This document shows positions 13,746 through 27,599 of a DNA stretch of 64,000 nucleotides, in pieces. The notes under the pieces are model-generated. The model was given only the letters and a program-made list of their open reading frames with translations, did no database searches and had not been told where the DNA came from. Both the position numbers and the translations under genes were made by a program. Position 1 is the stretch's first letter, and every line of letters starts with the position of its first letter. Source of the DNA: Octopus sinensis. Its lineage: Eukaryota. The stretch is taken from positions 36,704,001 to 36,768,000 of the forward strand of contig NC_043006.1 in NCBI RefSeq assembly GCF_006345805.1. Reading direction: 5' to 3'.

Positions 13746-16700
13746 TACTTGTTAAGGACCTATATTATTTCGAGGATATAAATACCTCTTAAAGGTATGT
13801 CAGCATCCAGGTTCCCTGGTTTTATCCAGGGTTTTCTTGAAATATATATAATGTGCATTATTTCGTAATGTTGATCAAATTTCACAATAAATATTTGTGA
13901 GTGTATATAAAATAAACTTATAACCAAGAAACCAACTATCAGAAGGTTAAAAAAAATAAAATCTTACCGATTTCCGATCGTGAGAGGAGAGAGATGTACA
14001 ACATACTAGACAAAAGTTTTTCTCTTCCATTGTTATCAAATGAAACCATATTGTCTTCTTCTTTCAGTCTAGAAGAGACCGAGATTATTTTTTCTTTTTT
14101 TTTTTTTCATTTGCGGAAACATGGCACTAAAAGTATGAAACTGTTGTTGTTTTCTATTTATTTAGATGAAACATTCCAGAAAATTAAAAAATATGATTAA
14201 ATCTAGATATAAAAATTTCGGTCATCATCTAAGAAACTGTAGGAACAAGAATATGTAACAGTGACAGCAAACGTTTGTTCATTTTTGTTTTAAATTTTTC
14301 TTTTTGTATTTTCTATTTATCTATCATTTATGATAAAGATGAGGAATATTAAAACAAAAAATAATAATGTAACTAAAAAATAGATTTTAAACAATTTCAA
14401 TGGAGCGTACTCGGGAAGTACGTACGTATTTACATGGGTGCGTGCATGCATATATGTGTGTGTCTGTATATACATATATATATATATATATATATAGTTA
14501 GGGATAGGGGTGGGGAAGGGTATCTTTTTTTCTTCACAAATGTAAATAAACCCAATCTGTTTCTTAAAGGAGGGACATATTCATACAGCACGGAATGTTG
14601 TTTACTTAAATGGAGGTCAGCGATTGGTTAAAATTGCCGAAATGCTCGAAATTAAAGACGAAATATGTTACAACATATAGAATTTTCTCAATAAAGCCAA
14701 GAAAAAAAATGATGTTTTATAAACACATTCTACCAGTATACGAAGTTTTAAAGTGTTTAGTTAACTAGAAATTGTGTTGAAAAGTGCCGTTCAAAAGGAA
14801 AAGATCCTATGTATGTATGTATGTATCTGTGTGTACATGTGTGTAGAGAGAAAGACAGAAATGTGTATCCTTGTTGAGGACAGACGGGTATCAGATTTGC
14901 TTTGCCCGACACAGAACTTGTAGGACTCCTTTAAAGAGTTTGCAAGCTAAGATAAAGGCGTCGTCGTAAACCCTGCTTCGCAAGTGTAGAGCACCGAGGG
15001 CTTAAAATATCTATCGCCAGCAGAAAGGTTTCATCTACAATTTCTTTGACTTTCTTCAGTTGTTTGGACTCCAAACCAAGCTTCTGCAGACATACCGCAC
15101 CGATGGAGATTTATTTTCTCACTTGTGAAAAACTCTCTCTGAAAGTAATGCTATTCTGAAATAATTCGTTAATATAAGAAAAGATTAACCCTATGAAACG
15201 TTTCGAGTGCTCTCTCTTTTCGTTTCTTCATCAATACATCTATCTATTTAAACCGTTTTGCTCTGTATAACAAGATCAGTCAGACTCGAGTCGCCATGTT
15301 CCCTTATTTTCATGGATGGGTTCTGCAGTATCCGAGAGGCGTAGCCAGGTTCTTAAATTAGGGGTAGCGAGCACATAAAAATAGGAGCCGTGACACATAC
15401 CAAACAATTTTTAACCCATTTCACTTACTATTTCATTTGTTATAATATACGTAATTGTATTCTACATTCATTAATTTCATGTTTCAGTAATAACCTCATT
15501 ATGTATGAAATTTGTAACTACTTTTATAGGTGTGACGTGAAAACGATGAAAATCCAGCTTCGTCAAGTGTCGAGAGTAGTGACGGCTCGTAGATTAAATT
15601 AGTGGGGCTGCAGCTTCAGAAAATTTTTAGCCGTTGTTTTACTATTGTGTAAAAGGAAACAAACATAAAAAGAAAATTTATACATAAACTTGATTGGTTC
15701 GTGTTTTAGCCACTGCCGGGTAGAGTGTTTAATTTGTTCACTGAACTTCGCCGCGAATTCCCCCTTGTTTTTCAAAATATCTCAAAATAGTGAGGTAGGG
15801 GAGAATCTGCTTTATTTTTCAAATCATGGCAGCAACACTGTAGCTGGATGCAGGATAATAATCTAATTCTACATTTTATCACATTCAAGAATCTAAACAC
15901 GTTTTTAAGCACAACACACGCGGAGTCAAAAAGAAACATTACTTTTCACCAGCACAACAGGGTCGGCACAGCGTGAACGACAGTGCTCTCTCTCTCTCTC
16001 TTTCTCCCTAGCTAGAACTGTGAAGCGCACAGTTCTATACAAGGTTTTCTTTTTCATCAACTGGAGGATGGCTACTGACATTAAGCTTAAAGATTATATA
16101 ATGTACAAGTATAAAGAAAGGATTAAAGAAAAAAGGACTCATTATGTTTAATGTCATTGATAAAATCGAGTGGAAATGGGGATGCTGCAGTTCCGCAGGG
16201 CCAATACACGAGCTGCCACTGGTCGAGAGGTTTTGTCGTCAGGGTTTGTTTTGGTAATTCAGATGACAGCGACCACCAACACATCATAAAAGATTGCGCA
16301 GACAGTTAAAAAACACGGGTAGTTGGTCAAACAAAGCAATGACTCCAAAAAGTCCTTCGATTAACAAGAAATTCAAATTTTATCGCACAAGTGAACTAAA
16401 AACGTTTTTTTAAATTTTTTTATGTTTAAAAGGCTCCAAAGTTGAAAAATGTACTCCTTTTCTCATCTATTAGCTATGTCATTCGACGAGAGGAAATTAG
16501 CAGTGCCTATTTCAACCGTTGTCTATATCTTGAGGAAAGGGATATTGCGAATGGTCTTTCACTATAATTCTCAGTAGAACTGGTTCTGAGGAGCAAGAGA
16601 CAGACAGACAGACAAACAGAGATAGGCAAGCAGGTAGACAGGCAGAAAATATAACTCAAATATTTGACGGGAGGATAAAAAACAAAAGTTAACTCTAGCG

Positions 16701-16899
16701 GAAATTGAACACGGAATGAAAACTACCAGAACAGTTACCACAAGGCTTAAATTCGACATTCTAACGAGCCTGCCAAACAACCACTCATGCATGCATGCAT
16801 GTATGTATGTATGTATGTATGTATGTATGTATGTAGTATGTATGTATTATGTGTGTGTGTGTGTGTGCGCGCGTGCGTGCGTAATATGTATGTATGTAT

Positions 16900-17135
16900 G
16901 TATGATGTGCAGATTTCTATGTTTTGCTTTATGTATGTATTCTCATGCACATAGTTGAATATCTAGACATGCGCATATATACTTAAATACTACATTTCTG
17001 GAAAGTCTTACAGATTTTTACAGTTCCAATGATGGATTGGATCTCTAGTCTTCGAATTAGCTTTCTCCTTTCTGGTTTTGAGAAGCCTAATTTCTCCAGA
17101 TTGGTTTTAGGCAGTGTGTTACATTTCCCAGGGCC
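16900..17135 (-). mobile_element. R4/Dong-like LINE 3' fragment within (TACA)n
   Basis: TNLEKLGFSKPERRKLIRRLEIQSIIGTVKICKTF matches the C-terminus of the element at 25700-26690; (TATG)n on both sides. Confidence 0.7.
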
Positions 17136-17399
17136 CCCATAACATGTATGTATGTATGTATGTATGTATGTATGTATGTATGTATGTATGTATGTATGTA
17201 TGTATGTATGTATGTATGTGTGGGTGTGTAGGGAGGTAAATAGGCAGATAATTAGGTAGGTAGGTAGGTAGGTAGGCAGGCAGGCAGTTAAGAAGGTAAG
17301 TGCGTGTAAATATGAGAGACATTCTAGCTTTCGACTTTTTATCCATCGAAGAATTTTTTGTTTGTTGTTTTTTTTTCCTACTAAATATTCCACAAGTTC

Positions 17400-17612
17400 T
17401 AGGCGACGAGCTGGCCGAATCGTTAGCATGCAGAGCAAAATATTTAGCAGCATTTCGTCTTTACGTTCTGAGTTCAAATTCCGCCGAGATTGACTTTGCT
17501 TTTCATCCTTTCGGAGTCGATAAAATGAGTACCAGCTGAGCACTGGGGTTGATGTAATCGACTTTAATCCCCTCTCCAAAATTGCTGGCCTTGTGCAAGC
17601 ATTTGAAACCAA
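17400..17612 (+). mobile_element. SINE family D (possibly Meta-domain-like)
   Basis: GGCGACGAGCTGGCCGAATCGTTAGCA...GTTCAAATTCCGCCGAG...TTTCATCCTTTCGGAGTCGATAAAATGAGTACCAG. Confidence 0.85.
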
Positions 17613-18599
17613 TACTCTACACGCTCTTATTTACAGCTTTATCCACTTCGAGTCACACTGCTGAAAACAACTTATTTCATATCTCTCAAAGTTTGTAAAT
17701 TCTTCTGACTTAAACTATATACATAAAAACATACCCTTCACACATATATATCTATGTGCATGTATACATACATGCATTATGTATATATCATATACATGTG
17801 TGTGTGTGAAGAGAGAGGCGAGAGAAAGATTAACAGAAAGAGAGGTTTTCACTCTATTTTCCGCAATTTCGTTCCACTTGGTTTCCCTCACCCTACCCTT
17901 CTTGATATAAGGCAATCTTTTTTCTCTTAAGGAATTACTGTTATTTTATAATCCTCGCTCAATGAAACTACAGGCAATAAGTGAAATGAAATTTAAACTT
18001 CAGAATATTTTCTGTGCTAAATCCACAGGGATTTTTTTTTTTCTTGTATTAAATAAACATTTTCTGTTGAAACACTGCACAGAATTGTTATAGTTATTTT
18101 GGCATACCTACACAATTCCCTCCCTCTCCGACTTTGTTTCCTCACAACTTTCAGAAAAATGGATAATTTTTAATGAAATGTTCTACAAATACGCTTCAGA
18201 TAGTGTAGATTCCGATTACATCGGAATTTGTTATGGAAAAATTTTTTCTGGGGCTTTTTGCCCTCATAACTTTCAGAAAATGGATATTTTTAATGAAATT
18301 TTCTACCAATACCTTTCCGATGAAGTAGATAATGATTACATTGGAATTTAATATGGAAAACAAAAATGATGAGCACCCACACACACATACTGTTACACAT
18401 CATAATATTTTTCGAAATTTCTAGATTCATTTTGCAGATATACATGTGATGTGCGTCAGTATATATGTGTGCGGGTGCATCAATTTTTGCCCCAAAACTC
18501 ACTATCTTCCATTTGGTTTTCTGCGAATGCTCGTCTATAGTCATGAACGTTGGATAATGACCAAAAGAGCACGATCTCGAATACAAACAGCCAAAATGG

Positions 18600-18978
18600 G
18601 ATTCCTCTGAAAGGTCTCTGGGGTAACATTGCTCGATGGAGTGCGTAGCTTGGAGATGAGAGAGTTTCTCCAGGTTGAGCCGCTACTTCTCCGCATTGAA
18701 AAGTTACAGTCCTAGTATCATGGACATGTGATTAGAATGTCACAGGAAAGAACCGTAAGATTCTTCAGGATGAGCCAACTGGTAGGAGACCTAGGAGTAG
18801 ACCAAGAATGAGATGGTTAAATAATATCCATAGTCTCAGTTGATATCACTTGGGAATTCAGCAGGAAAGTGTAATGATGGTTGCTTTTGATAGACTCTTT
18901 GGAGGAGGTATCTGAGGGCTCTACCCCCAACGCCCTCCCAAGAATAATGAGTAGAGGAGATGGATGGATGGATGGATA
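18600..18978 (+). mobile_element. RTE LINE 3' end (Rex3/Expander-like)
   Basis: relic VEPLLLRIEK...GHVIRMSQER...PTGRRPRSRPRMRWLNNI, then a (GATG)n tail. Confidence 0.75.
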
Positions 18979-19554
18979 CAACCGTACTAAATTAATTAAT
19001 TAGTAGAGTTTACTTTAAATTCACTCATAAAATTCCATTATTGTTGAGTAGGGAAATAAAACATCTTGAAGGAAACTTTTGCCTGCCATGAGTTACGTTC
19101 CCTTGATATCACGTTTTCAACTAATGAGAACGTTATTAATTCAACTATCATTTTGTGTCAAAACATAATGAGATTGTGAGTTGGAATTAATTCTTTAGAT
19201 TCTGTAAAGGAGTTTGTGTGGTGAGCATACCTGGATTTGAATGTGTTCACTGTGAACCTTATTTAGGAAATCGTACTCATTATACGACATAAAGTATATT
19301 GCGTATTTAAACTCAACTCTTTTCCCCTCCACTCCACTTTCACACCATTGCAATCATCATTCGAAAATTGTCTTCTTACCGTATTCGGTCTGGTTTAAAA
19401 TACATTAGACGGAGTGTGACTCTTCTTTAGTTTATGTCTATCGTTTTCAATACCTGGTATCTACTGTTTTATTAAGGCATTGTTCATAGTTGCAGTCGTT
19501 TTAGCTTTGTGGATCTTGCTTGCTTAAAGTTGTTTCTTTTTTTTATATTTTTAT

Positions 19555-19782
19555 CTTTTATTTTGTACTTGTTTCAATCATTAGACTGTGGCCATGATGG
19601 AGCACTACCTTGAAGAAATTTTAGTCGAACGAATCGACCTCGATACCTATTTTTTAAAGTCTGGTACTTCTTCCATCGATCTCTTTTGCTGAACCCGTGC
19701 TGGTGTGTTTACATCCCCGTAAACACCAACACCAGTTATCAAGCGGTGGGAGGCAAACACAAACGCACGCACACACACACAC

Positions 19783-19842
<60 letters not shown>

Positions 19843-20002
19843 CGTGCGCATGCAGGTCCGCACATATACGACGGGCGTCTTTCAGTTTCCGTCTACCAAA
19901 TCCACTCACAAGGATTTGGTCAGTCCGAGGTTATAGTGGGACCGAACCTAGAACCATGTGGTTGGGGAGCAAACTTTTACCACACAACCACTCTCGCACC
20001 TT
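19555..20002 (-). mobile_element. SINE family A with internal (CA)n expansion
   Basis: reverse complement of head and tail; CA array at about 19770-19840. Confidence 0.85.
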
Positions 20003-20432
20003 ATGAAAATGCTTATCCATATAGGGTTTCCTATCCACGTTTTCAATAGCTGATGTCTCTGTTTAGCAGTGGCGCAATTGAATCCTATTGCGTTAAACTC
20101 TCTGGAGTACTCAGCCACTTGCTCGTTAATTTCCTTTCGCCTGCAGCCTCCTAACTGTAAACACACGGTTTTTCTTGCGCTCTTTGAATCTCTCCTCGTC
20201 TAGGTCAAAAAAGGCCCTCTTTGTTTGTTTTCTTGTTTGTTTTTATTTTTTGTATTGTATTTTTTTGTAATTGTATTTTTATTTTGTATTTTATTTTGTA
20301 TTTTATTTTGTAATTTTATTTGTATCGTTTTTACGTCCTGTTTGTGTCACATTTTTTTCTTTCCTTGTTTTTAACCCCTCTCCGAAGTAATTTTATTTAA
20401 TTCTTTCGCAGGAAGGGCTAGTTCGACGAGTC

Positions 20433-20492
20433 GTGTTCTGTCCTCACCTTCGAAACACACTGGAGTTGAACTAGGGACAGCTGATGAAGGGG
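20433..20492 (+). ncRNA. candidate non-circularly permuted hammerhead ribozyme
   Basis: GTGT-T-CTGTCC ... CTTC-GAAA-CAC ... GGACAG-CTGATGA-A-GGGG: stems I (6 bp), II (4 bp, 2 GU) and III (4 bp) all pair in register, but the strand order is reversed. Confidence 0.5.
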
Positions 20493-20784
20493 ATTTTTCC
20501 TTGTGTAGTTTGTCTTGTACTCTGTTTTTTCGTTGTTAAAAAAAAAGGTCCGTTCCATGCTTGTTTTTACGTTTTCATTTCTCGTTGAGTTCTACGTCTA
20601 ATTGTGGTGTCCTGTACTCACGTATATATATTTATATATGCATGTATATATACATGTAGATGTAGGTACGTACATATATGTATGTATGTATACATATATT
20701 TTATTTATTACACTATTGTATGACTGAGCGCCCTCGCGTCGATTCGATTCGATTCATTTCGTTTCGTTTCTTCTTCTCCAAGTA

Positions 20785-20826
<42 letters not shown>

Positions 20827-21163
20827 CCTTCGACAGAGTAACAGTCATATATACAACTTGAACAGACACACATATCAATACATAAGCATATGTTTACATA
20901 TACATACACATATACGCACACGCTGACACGCCTACACACTTACATACGTAAATGTTCACATACATGTATACATACATACATATATACATACATGATGGCT
21001 GCCCCCTCATTATCGAGTATGGCCATTGCACGAAGCTTATCTGTTATTGGTGCTGTGATCGAATGTGACTTTTTAGCCCAGCAAAAGATCTACAATGTCT
21101 TGTACAGAATTGGCAACTAAAATCTTTACCGTTAATAGCCTGCTATAGTTGTAACTGGGCTTC

Positions 21164-21660
21164 ATGTACCTTTGCATGTCATTTAAGTCCTCCTGCAGAA
21201 CTACACTCTCTTCCACATGTCCGACAGATATGATTAGTATGGTGTGTTACACCACCACCAGTGGCCAGGTTGTCACTCATCAGTCTCGCTTTATGACTAC
21301 GAAGATGACTCTTGAGTCCAGCTTTACTGAGGCAGGGTCTTGCACAGACACTGAATGTCAGTATCATAGGAAGACCCTTCCCATCTGGAAGTGTAACAGC
21401 GATGCCCTTCCTGACAACCCTCCTTACTTTTTCATGTGCAACTCGAGATTTCTCAAAAGTAGCTGTCCCCTCGTGCACAATCCTTCTCCATCTGCTACGA
21501 TCAATAGCTATGCCTTCCCATGTGTCAGGAGAGATGCAAGCATCTCTTAAGGAAGCCTTCAACAAGTCCTTATACCTCTTTTTTGGTTTATGTGGAGGTC
21601 GTTCTCCTTTTGCTAACTCTCCATAAAAGAGTTATTTTGGCATCCTTGAATCCTTCATCC
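21164..21660 (-). mobile_element. RTE-type LINE C-terminus with C2H2-like zinc fingers
   Basis: RMPK*LFYGEL..GER...KPKKRYKD, RSRWRRIVHEG, CARPCLSKAGLKSHLRSH, CRTCGRECSSAGGLK. Confidence 0.85.
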
Positions 21661-22145
21661 TGACCATACATACATACCTACATACATAAATGCGTACGAA
21701 TGTACACATTTGCATACGTACATGCATACATACACACATACATACATATATAACATACATAAACACATATATATATCATAAACTTCGTAACCTCGGTGTG
21801 AAGTAAATTTTTTCCTGGGTCTTTTTTTGAGTACATTCAACGTTATCTCACTGCCAAATATTTGGCTGTTATTTCTAGCAAGCGCTGCAACAACGTAACA
21901 GCTATTTGCGATAAAGGATCCGACATGCCTGTTACGTGGTAGCAGGGCATGCAAGAAATAGCAGCCAAATCTTTCCTTTTCTTGGGGAAAGGAACCGCTT
22001 GCGTGTGATTTCGATGTCACATTCATTGAAAGTATGCGAAATAACCTGGAAGAGAAAAGTCTCACGAAACAAAACTCCGTTGCTGGAAAACTGAGTTCCC
22101 CGATGATCCAATGGGTCACGGGTAGTCTAGTATTGTTTATAAATA

Positions 22146-22620
22146 AGGCGGCGAGCTGGCAAAAACGTTAGCACGCCGGGCGAAATGCGTAGCCGTATTT
22201 CGTCTGCCGTTACGTTCTGAGTTCAAATTCCTCTGAGGTCAACTTTGCCTTTCATCCTTTCGGGGTCGATAAATTAAATACCAGTTACGCACTGGAGCCG
22301 ATCTAATCGACTTAATCCGTTTGTCTGTCCTTGTTTGTCCCCTCTGTGTTTAGCCCTTTGTGGGTAGTAAAGAAATAGGTATTTCGTCTGCCGTTACGTT
22401 CTGAGTTCAAATTCCGCCGAGGTCGACTTTGCCTTTCATCCTTTCGGGGTCGATTAAATAAGTACCAGTTACGCACTGGGGTCAATCTAATCGACTTAAT
22501 CCGTTTGTCTGTCCTTGTTTGTCCTCTCTGTGTTTAGCCACTTGTGGGTAGTAAAGAAATAGGTATTTCATCTGTCTTTATGTTCTGAGATCAAATTCCG
22601 CCGAGGTCGACTTTGCCTTT
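22146..22620 (+). mobile_element. SINE family D with ~184-bp internal tandem multimer
   Basis: unit GTATTTCGTCTGCCGTTACGTTCTGAG...AAAGAAATAG repeated about 2.3 times. Confidence 0.85.
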
Positions 22621-23079
22621 ATATTTCTGAGATTATCGTAGACATAGATAGCAAAGATAATGAATAAATCTGATGAATTCATCATGAGATGGAGACATGT
22701 TATGAAATACTTTTCTCTGCAACAGCCCTGAATCTCATTAGACAATACCATTTTTTTCCTTTATGTAGATACTGCAATCTCTTTAAGATGCCGCCTTTCT
22801 CTTGCTTCTAAGAATTTTGTATGTCTATACTGTGATATCTAATGTAATAAACGATTATTCCATATGTATAACTTATCTGGTTCAACTTAGAGTGTTACCG
22901 GACCATTTTACATTACTTTCCATCTTGGTATAATGTGGCAGCGAGGTCTAAACTTAGTATCCATCCCAGGTAGTTTGTTCTTGATATTTCATTTCTTACC
23001 GCACTTACCTTCTTATCTTAACTAGATCCATTTAGCTAAAGTACACTTTAGAATTACTTAGAGAATTTTATATCTTATA

Positions 23080-23403
23080 CAGTTGAATCTCGGTTTACGA
23101 ATTTAATTCATTTCTGAAGGCCGTTCACCACCCGAAATGTTCGTAAACCGAAACTATTTTTCCCATGGAAAGTTTAAGAGAAGGCAAAGCGAATTCGATC
23201 ATTGAGCATTCGCATTGAGCGAAAGCTAGAGAGCAACTGATGTTCTCTCGCTTATACTCTCAGTTTGTCGCCAACCGTTGTTGCCAGTTTGCGTATTCGT
23301 TACTCGAGACACCGTTCGTCACTCGAGACCTTTTATGTTAAAAAAATTTGTTGTTAATATATTTGTTCGTGATGAGAGGCGTTCGTAAACCGAGGTTCCT
23401 CTG
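23080..23403. mobile_element. pogo/Tigger-like MITE
   Basis: TA-flanked TIRs CAGTTGAATCTCGGTTTACGAA / TTCGTAAACCGAGGTTCCTCTG. Confidence 0.85.
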
Positions 23404-23687
23404 TATTTCATTGTTTCAAACCACTCTCTCTGTTGCATTTTTATTCTCTATTTTTTATCCAGTCATTTTTTGTTGTTACCTACACATATATACACCTTCA
23501 TATGATGTTGGTTTATTTACATCCCTGTAACATGGCAGTTCAGCAAAAGGAGAGCCATAAAATAAGCAAGGGGCTTAAAAATAAGTACAGGGGTCGATTT
23601 GTTCAACAAAACTCTCCAAGGAGGTGCTCCAGCATAGCCACAGTAAAAGGTAAAAGATGTTTCTAAGCACCATAATGCTTAGACTTT

Positions 23688-24095
23688 AAGGCGGCGAGCT
23701 GGCAGAAGCGTTAGCACGCCGGGCGAAATGCTTAGCAGTATTTCGTCTACCGCTACGATCTGAGTTCAAATTCCGCCGAGGTCGACTTTGTCTTTTATCC
23801 TTTCGGAGTCAATAAATTAAGTACCAGTTACGCGCTGGAGTCGATGTAATCGACTTAATCCGTTTGTCTGTCCTTGTTTGTCCTCTCTATGTTTAGCCTC
23901 TTGTAGGTAGTAAAGAAATAGGTATTTCGTCTGTCTTTACGTTCTGAGTTCAAATTCCGCCGAGGTCGACTTTGCCTTTCATCCTTTCAGGGTTGATAAA
24001 TTAAGTACCAGTTGCATACTGGTATCGATCTAATCGACTGGCACCCTCCCACCAAAATTTCAGGCCTTGTGCCTAGAATAGAAAAGAAATGCTGA
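23688..24095 (+). mobile_element. SINE family D dimeric copy
   Basis: same duplicated unit as 22146-22620, followed by the standard tail. Confidence 0.85.
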
Positions 24096-24724
24096 GACCT
24101 TTGCTGACGTCACAAGAAAAACATTTTTTTATGCTTAATAATTTTTCACCACTTTTAACACACGTTTTATTCCATATATCTCATCATATCTTCATTCATT
24201 GTGACAACATAGCTAATGTGCTATATCCAGCTCGAATATCAAGATCTCTCTCTCCTCCTCCTCCTCCTCCATTTCATTAAATCGTTCTCTTGTAGTTGTA
24301 CAGAACAGTAGGTTTTATTTCAGCCCCGTATCAAGATATCTTTATCTATGTACTTAGTGGGTTATTTTTAATTTGGCTTTAGATAACAAGCAATTAATTT
24401 AACTTTATCTAGAAGTGCTTACTTTTACTCTCTATGTACTATTTTTACTGCAGCTATCTAACTTTAATGTACAAAAGCTTTATTTAACATTTTTTACACT
24501 TTACTCCTTTGTTCATGCCATTACCTTAGCGAATCTACCTTCTACGAGAGCGAGAGCCAAGAAACGGGCTTCTACGTGGTCGTGCGATCAAGCTAGAAAT
24601 AGTAGCCAAATTTCCCTCATGTTACTCCTATCGTCTTCAGAGTTTATGTTCCAGTGTAATTCTAGGTGTATAAGTAGGCGGAATGCTCATGACTGGAAGG
24701 CCTTTATTTCATAAATCTGCTCGT

Positions 24725-24868
24725 TCAGACAGACCGACAGACAAACAGACAGATAGACAGACAGACAGACAGACAGATTAATAGACAGACAGACAGACAG
24801 ATAGACGGACGGGCAGACAGGCAGACAGACAGACAGCCAGAGAGAAAGAGATGGATAGATGGATGGAC

Positions 24869-24915
<47 letters not shown>

Positions 24916-24936
24916 CAGACAGACACACAGACAGTC

Positions 24937-25015
<79 letters not shown>

Positions 25016-25116
25016 CAGAGACAGACAGATAGATAGACGGACGGACAGACAGGCAGACAGACAGAGAGAAAGAGATGGATAGATAGAAAGACAGACGGAC
25101 AGACAGACAGTCAGAC

Positions 25117-25180
<64 letters not shown>
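24725..25180. repeat. compound (GATA)n/(GACA)n microsatellite
   Basis: directly visible; accounts for the LSIY-repeat ORFs. Confidence 0.95.
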
Positions 25181-25699
25181 CACAGCTGTCAGCTGAATCA
25201 GTAATGTAAAAATGACAACTGTTTTTTTAAATATAAGAAAAAAGTGACAAGCACTGCCATATGTTCCATTCTTGAACCATCTTGATCTAACATGATCTTT
25301 TCTATTATAATTCTGTTATTTTTTTTTGTTTATTTTATTTTATTTTATTTATTTATCTATTTGACGTTAAACCTATGAAGGTTTGGCGTCAATCCTTCAG
25401 TATTGGTACACAATGTCATTCACCCATACAACCTTCCTTCATGACACAGATAGACAGGCTAAGCTGAAAAAGAGGGTAAGTGACATCATCTCCTCATACC
25501 GACACTCTGGAAACCAATACCAAAGGATCATCAGTTTTAGCTTCATCAGCTATATGATTTTTGTTGTGCACACGTACACGCATATACTTATATGTATATA
25601 TATATATGTGTAAACGTACATATATGCATTGTCTCTCTCTCTCTCTTTCTCTCTCAGTCTAAATCTCTGCCTTCGGCTAGGCAGCACCTGCTAAACAAC

Positions 25700-26690
25700 A
25701 GCAACAAAAATAAATGTATTAATGCTGTGCTGAAAAGTGATGTGAGCAATATTGTACGAGTTAGCAGTGAACTCCTCAAAAAACACTCACTTCCTGATGG
25801 TCTCCTATACAGCCACAAAACAGCTGGGCTCTCTTACCTCAGAGAAGACCTGGATGGAAAGCACTCAACATACAAAAAAATACCATGTATGAGTATGTTG
25901 CCCGGAAGCTTGAAGAAGACAGTAAAATTGACATGAAGTACAGCCTCTCTTAGACACAAGACCTCTACATCACATCACACTTTGAAGGCTATGCATTTGC
26001 AATCCAGGAACAGGAGATTGCTACAAAGTACTTGGTGAACAAGAGAGACACTGGCACTCTTTTAATCCCAAGGTACAACAGCATGTGTAGGCTGTCATGT
26101 TTCTGTGGCAGATATTACGCATGTGATTAGCAGCTGTCCTAAAATGTCGTCACGGTACTACCTCCTAATGCAGCATGATGTTGTTGCTAAAACAATTTAC
26201 AATGCCATCTGCAAAAAATATTGTCCTGAAATAAACTTTAGAAAATGCCTCTGTTATGGAACACATTCATAAACACCAACTCAAGAAATACTGGTGGAAT
26301 ATTCTCATCAAAATTTCTATCAAATATAAGCATAACAGGCCGAATATCGTTTGGGACAGAGGAGTAAAGGTATCTGCCATCATGGAGGTTAGCTGCCCTG
26401 CAGATATAAAATTATCTCTTTGTAAATCAAAGAAAAAGAGGATATCTATGGACAACTGCTTCGAAACCTCTAGCTTCTATATCCAGACTATGATTTCACA
26501 TTCATACGAATCATAATTGGAGCACTAGGTTTTGTTCGTAAATGCTTGAACAAGAATCTGAATAAACTGGGATTTTCAGAAAGAGAAATTGACCGGCTAA
26601 TTTATACATTACAAGTGCAATCTGTGAGTGGAACAATAAAATATGCAAGACTTTTCTCAAGTTCCTAATGTGAATTTATCTGTGTTAACT
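25700..26690 (+). mobile_element. 5'-truncated R4/Dong-like non-LTR retrotransposon (restriction-like endonuclease), frameshifted
   Basis: FEGYAFAIQEQEIATKY, CRL..HVISSCP..HD.VAK zinc knuckle, HNRPNIV..EVSCPAD, IIIGALG. Confidence 0.85.
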
Positions 26691-27476
26691 ACATCCCAAA
26701 GATGGAGCCTTGTATCTTTGCTGGAAACTAGCATTCTCCTCGGTGGAAGATTTATAATTAAAAAATAGAAGAGACTGCATATATACATTCCCTCTCTCTC
26801 TCTCTCTCTTTCTCTCAATTTAAATCTCTGCCTTAGCCTAACCTGATGCAATTTCAAACTACCAAGGGTGCCTCTACATGGTCGCTCAACTTACAAGAAA
26901 TAGCAGCCAATTCCACCTCAAATGATAGCTATCATCTTAAAAAGAAGGGAAAAGACACATTAGATAACATAATCCTTAATACAAAATACCTGGGGGAAAA
27001 ATTAGAGGATCTCGATCAGAATGCATCAAATCATGTCTTCTCATTCTTAGTTGAGGTGGGCATGAAATAACAACAAAGAAAACGCTAATGTATTTTCTTT
27101 GAAGAATTTCTTTCTCATTCTCTCTTCCTTTCATCTCTCTTCGGTTAAGACTGCAATCATGATACAAAAAGAGTATAATGAAAATATACATGAAAAAATT
27201 GTGACCCAGGAGCTGCATGTGGCTCTGGAGTCTTTTATGGCTCCAAGATAAAGCTGGTTTCAGAGTTAATTTTCCTAAAACAATTTCCAAATTCCAAACA
27301 ATCAAAGAGTTAAAAGCTTTCAGCATGCAGATATTAATCAATCTACTCTAGTGAATAAAACTATGCAACGATTTGTGTTTTTTTTATGCATAAATATAAT
27401 TTTGGAAAAATTCATTTTGCGATTCTTGAATGTAAAAGATATCATGTAGCTCTCTTTATAAACTGCTAGGCTGCCC

Positions 27477-27520
<44 letters not shown>

Positions 27521-27599
27521 CGTGTGCGTGTGTGTATGAGTGTGTAGTTGAGTGTATGTACATATAAACACACACACACGCACGCATGCACACACACAT

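Noticed and set aside
14930-15140. short minus-strand open frame and possible 43-nt exon
   Set aside because: No recognisable protein; may be retroelement debris.
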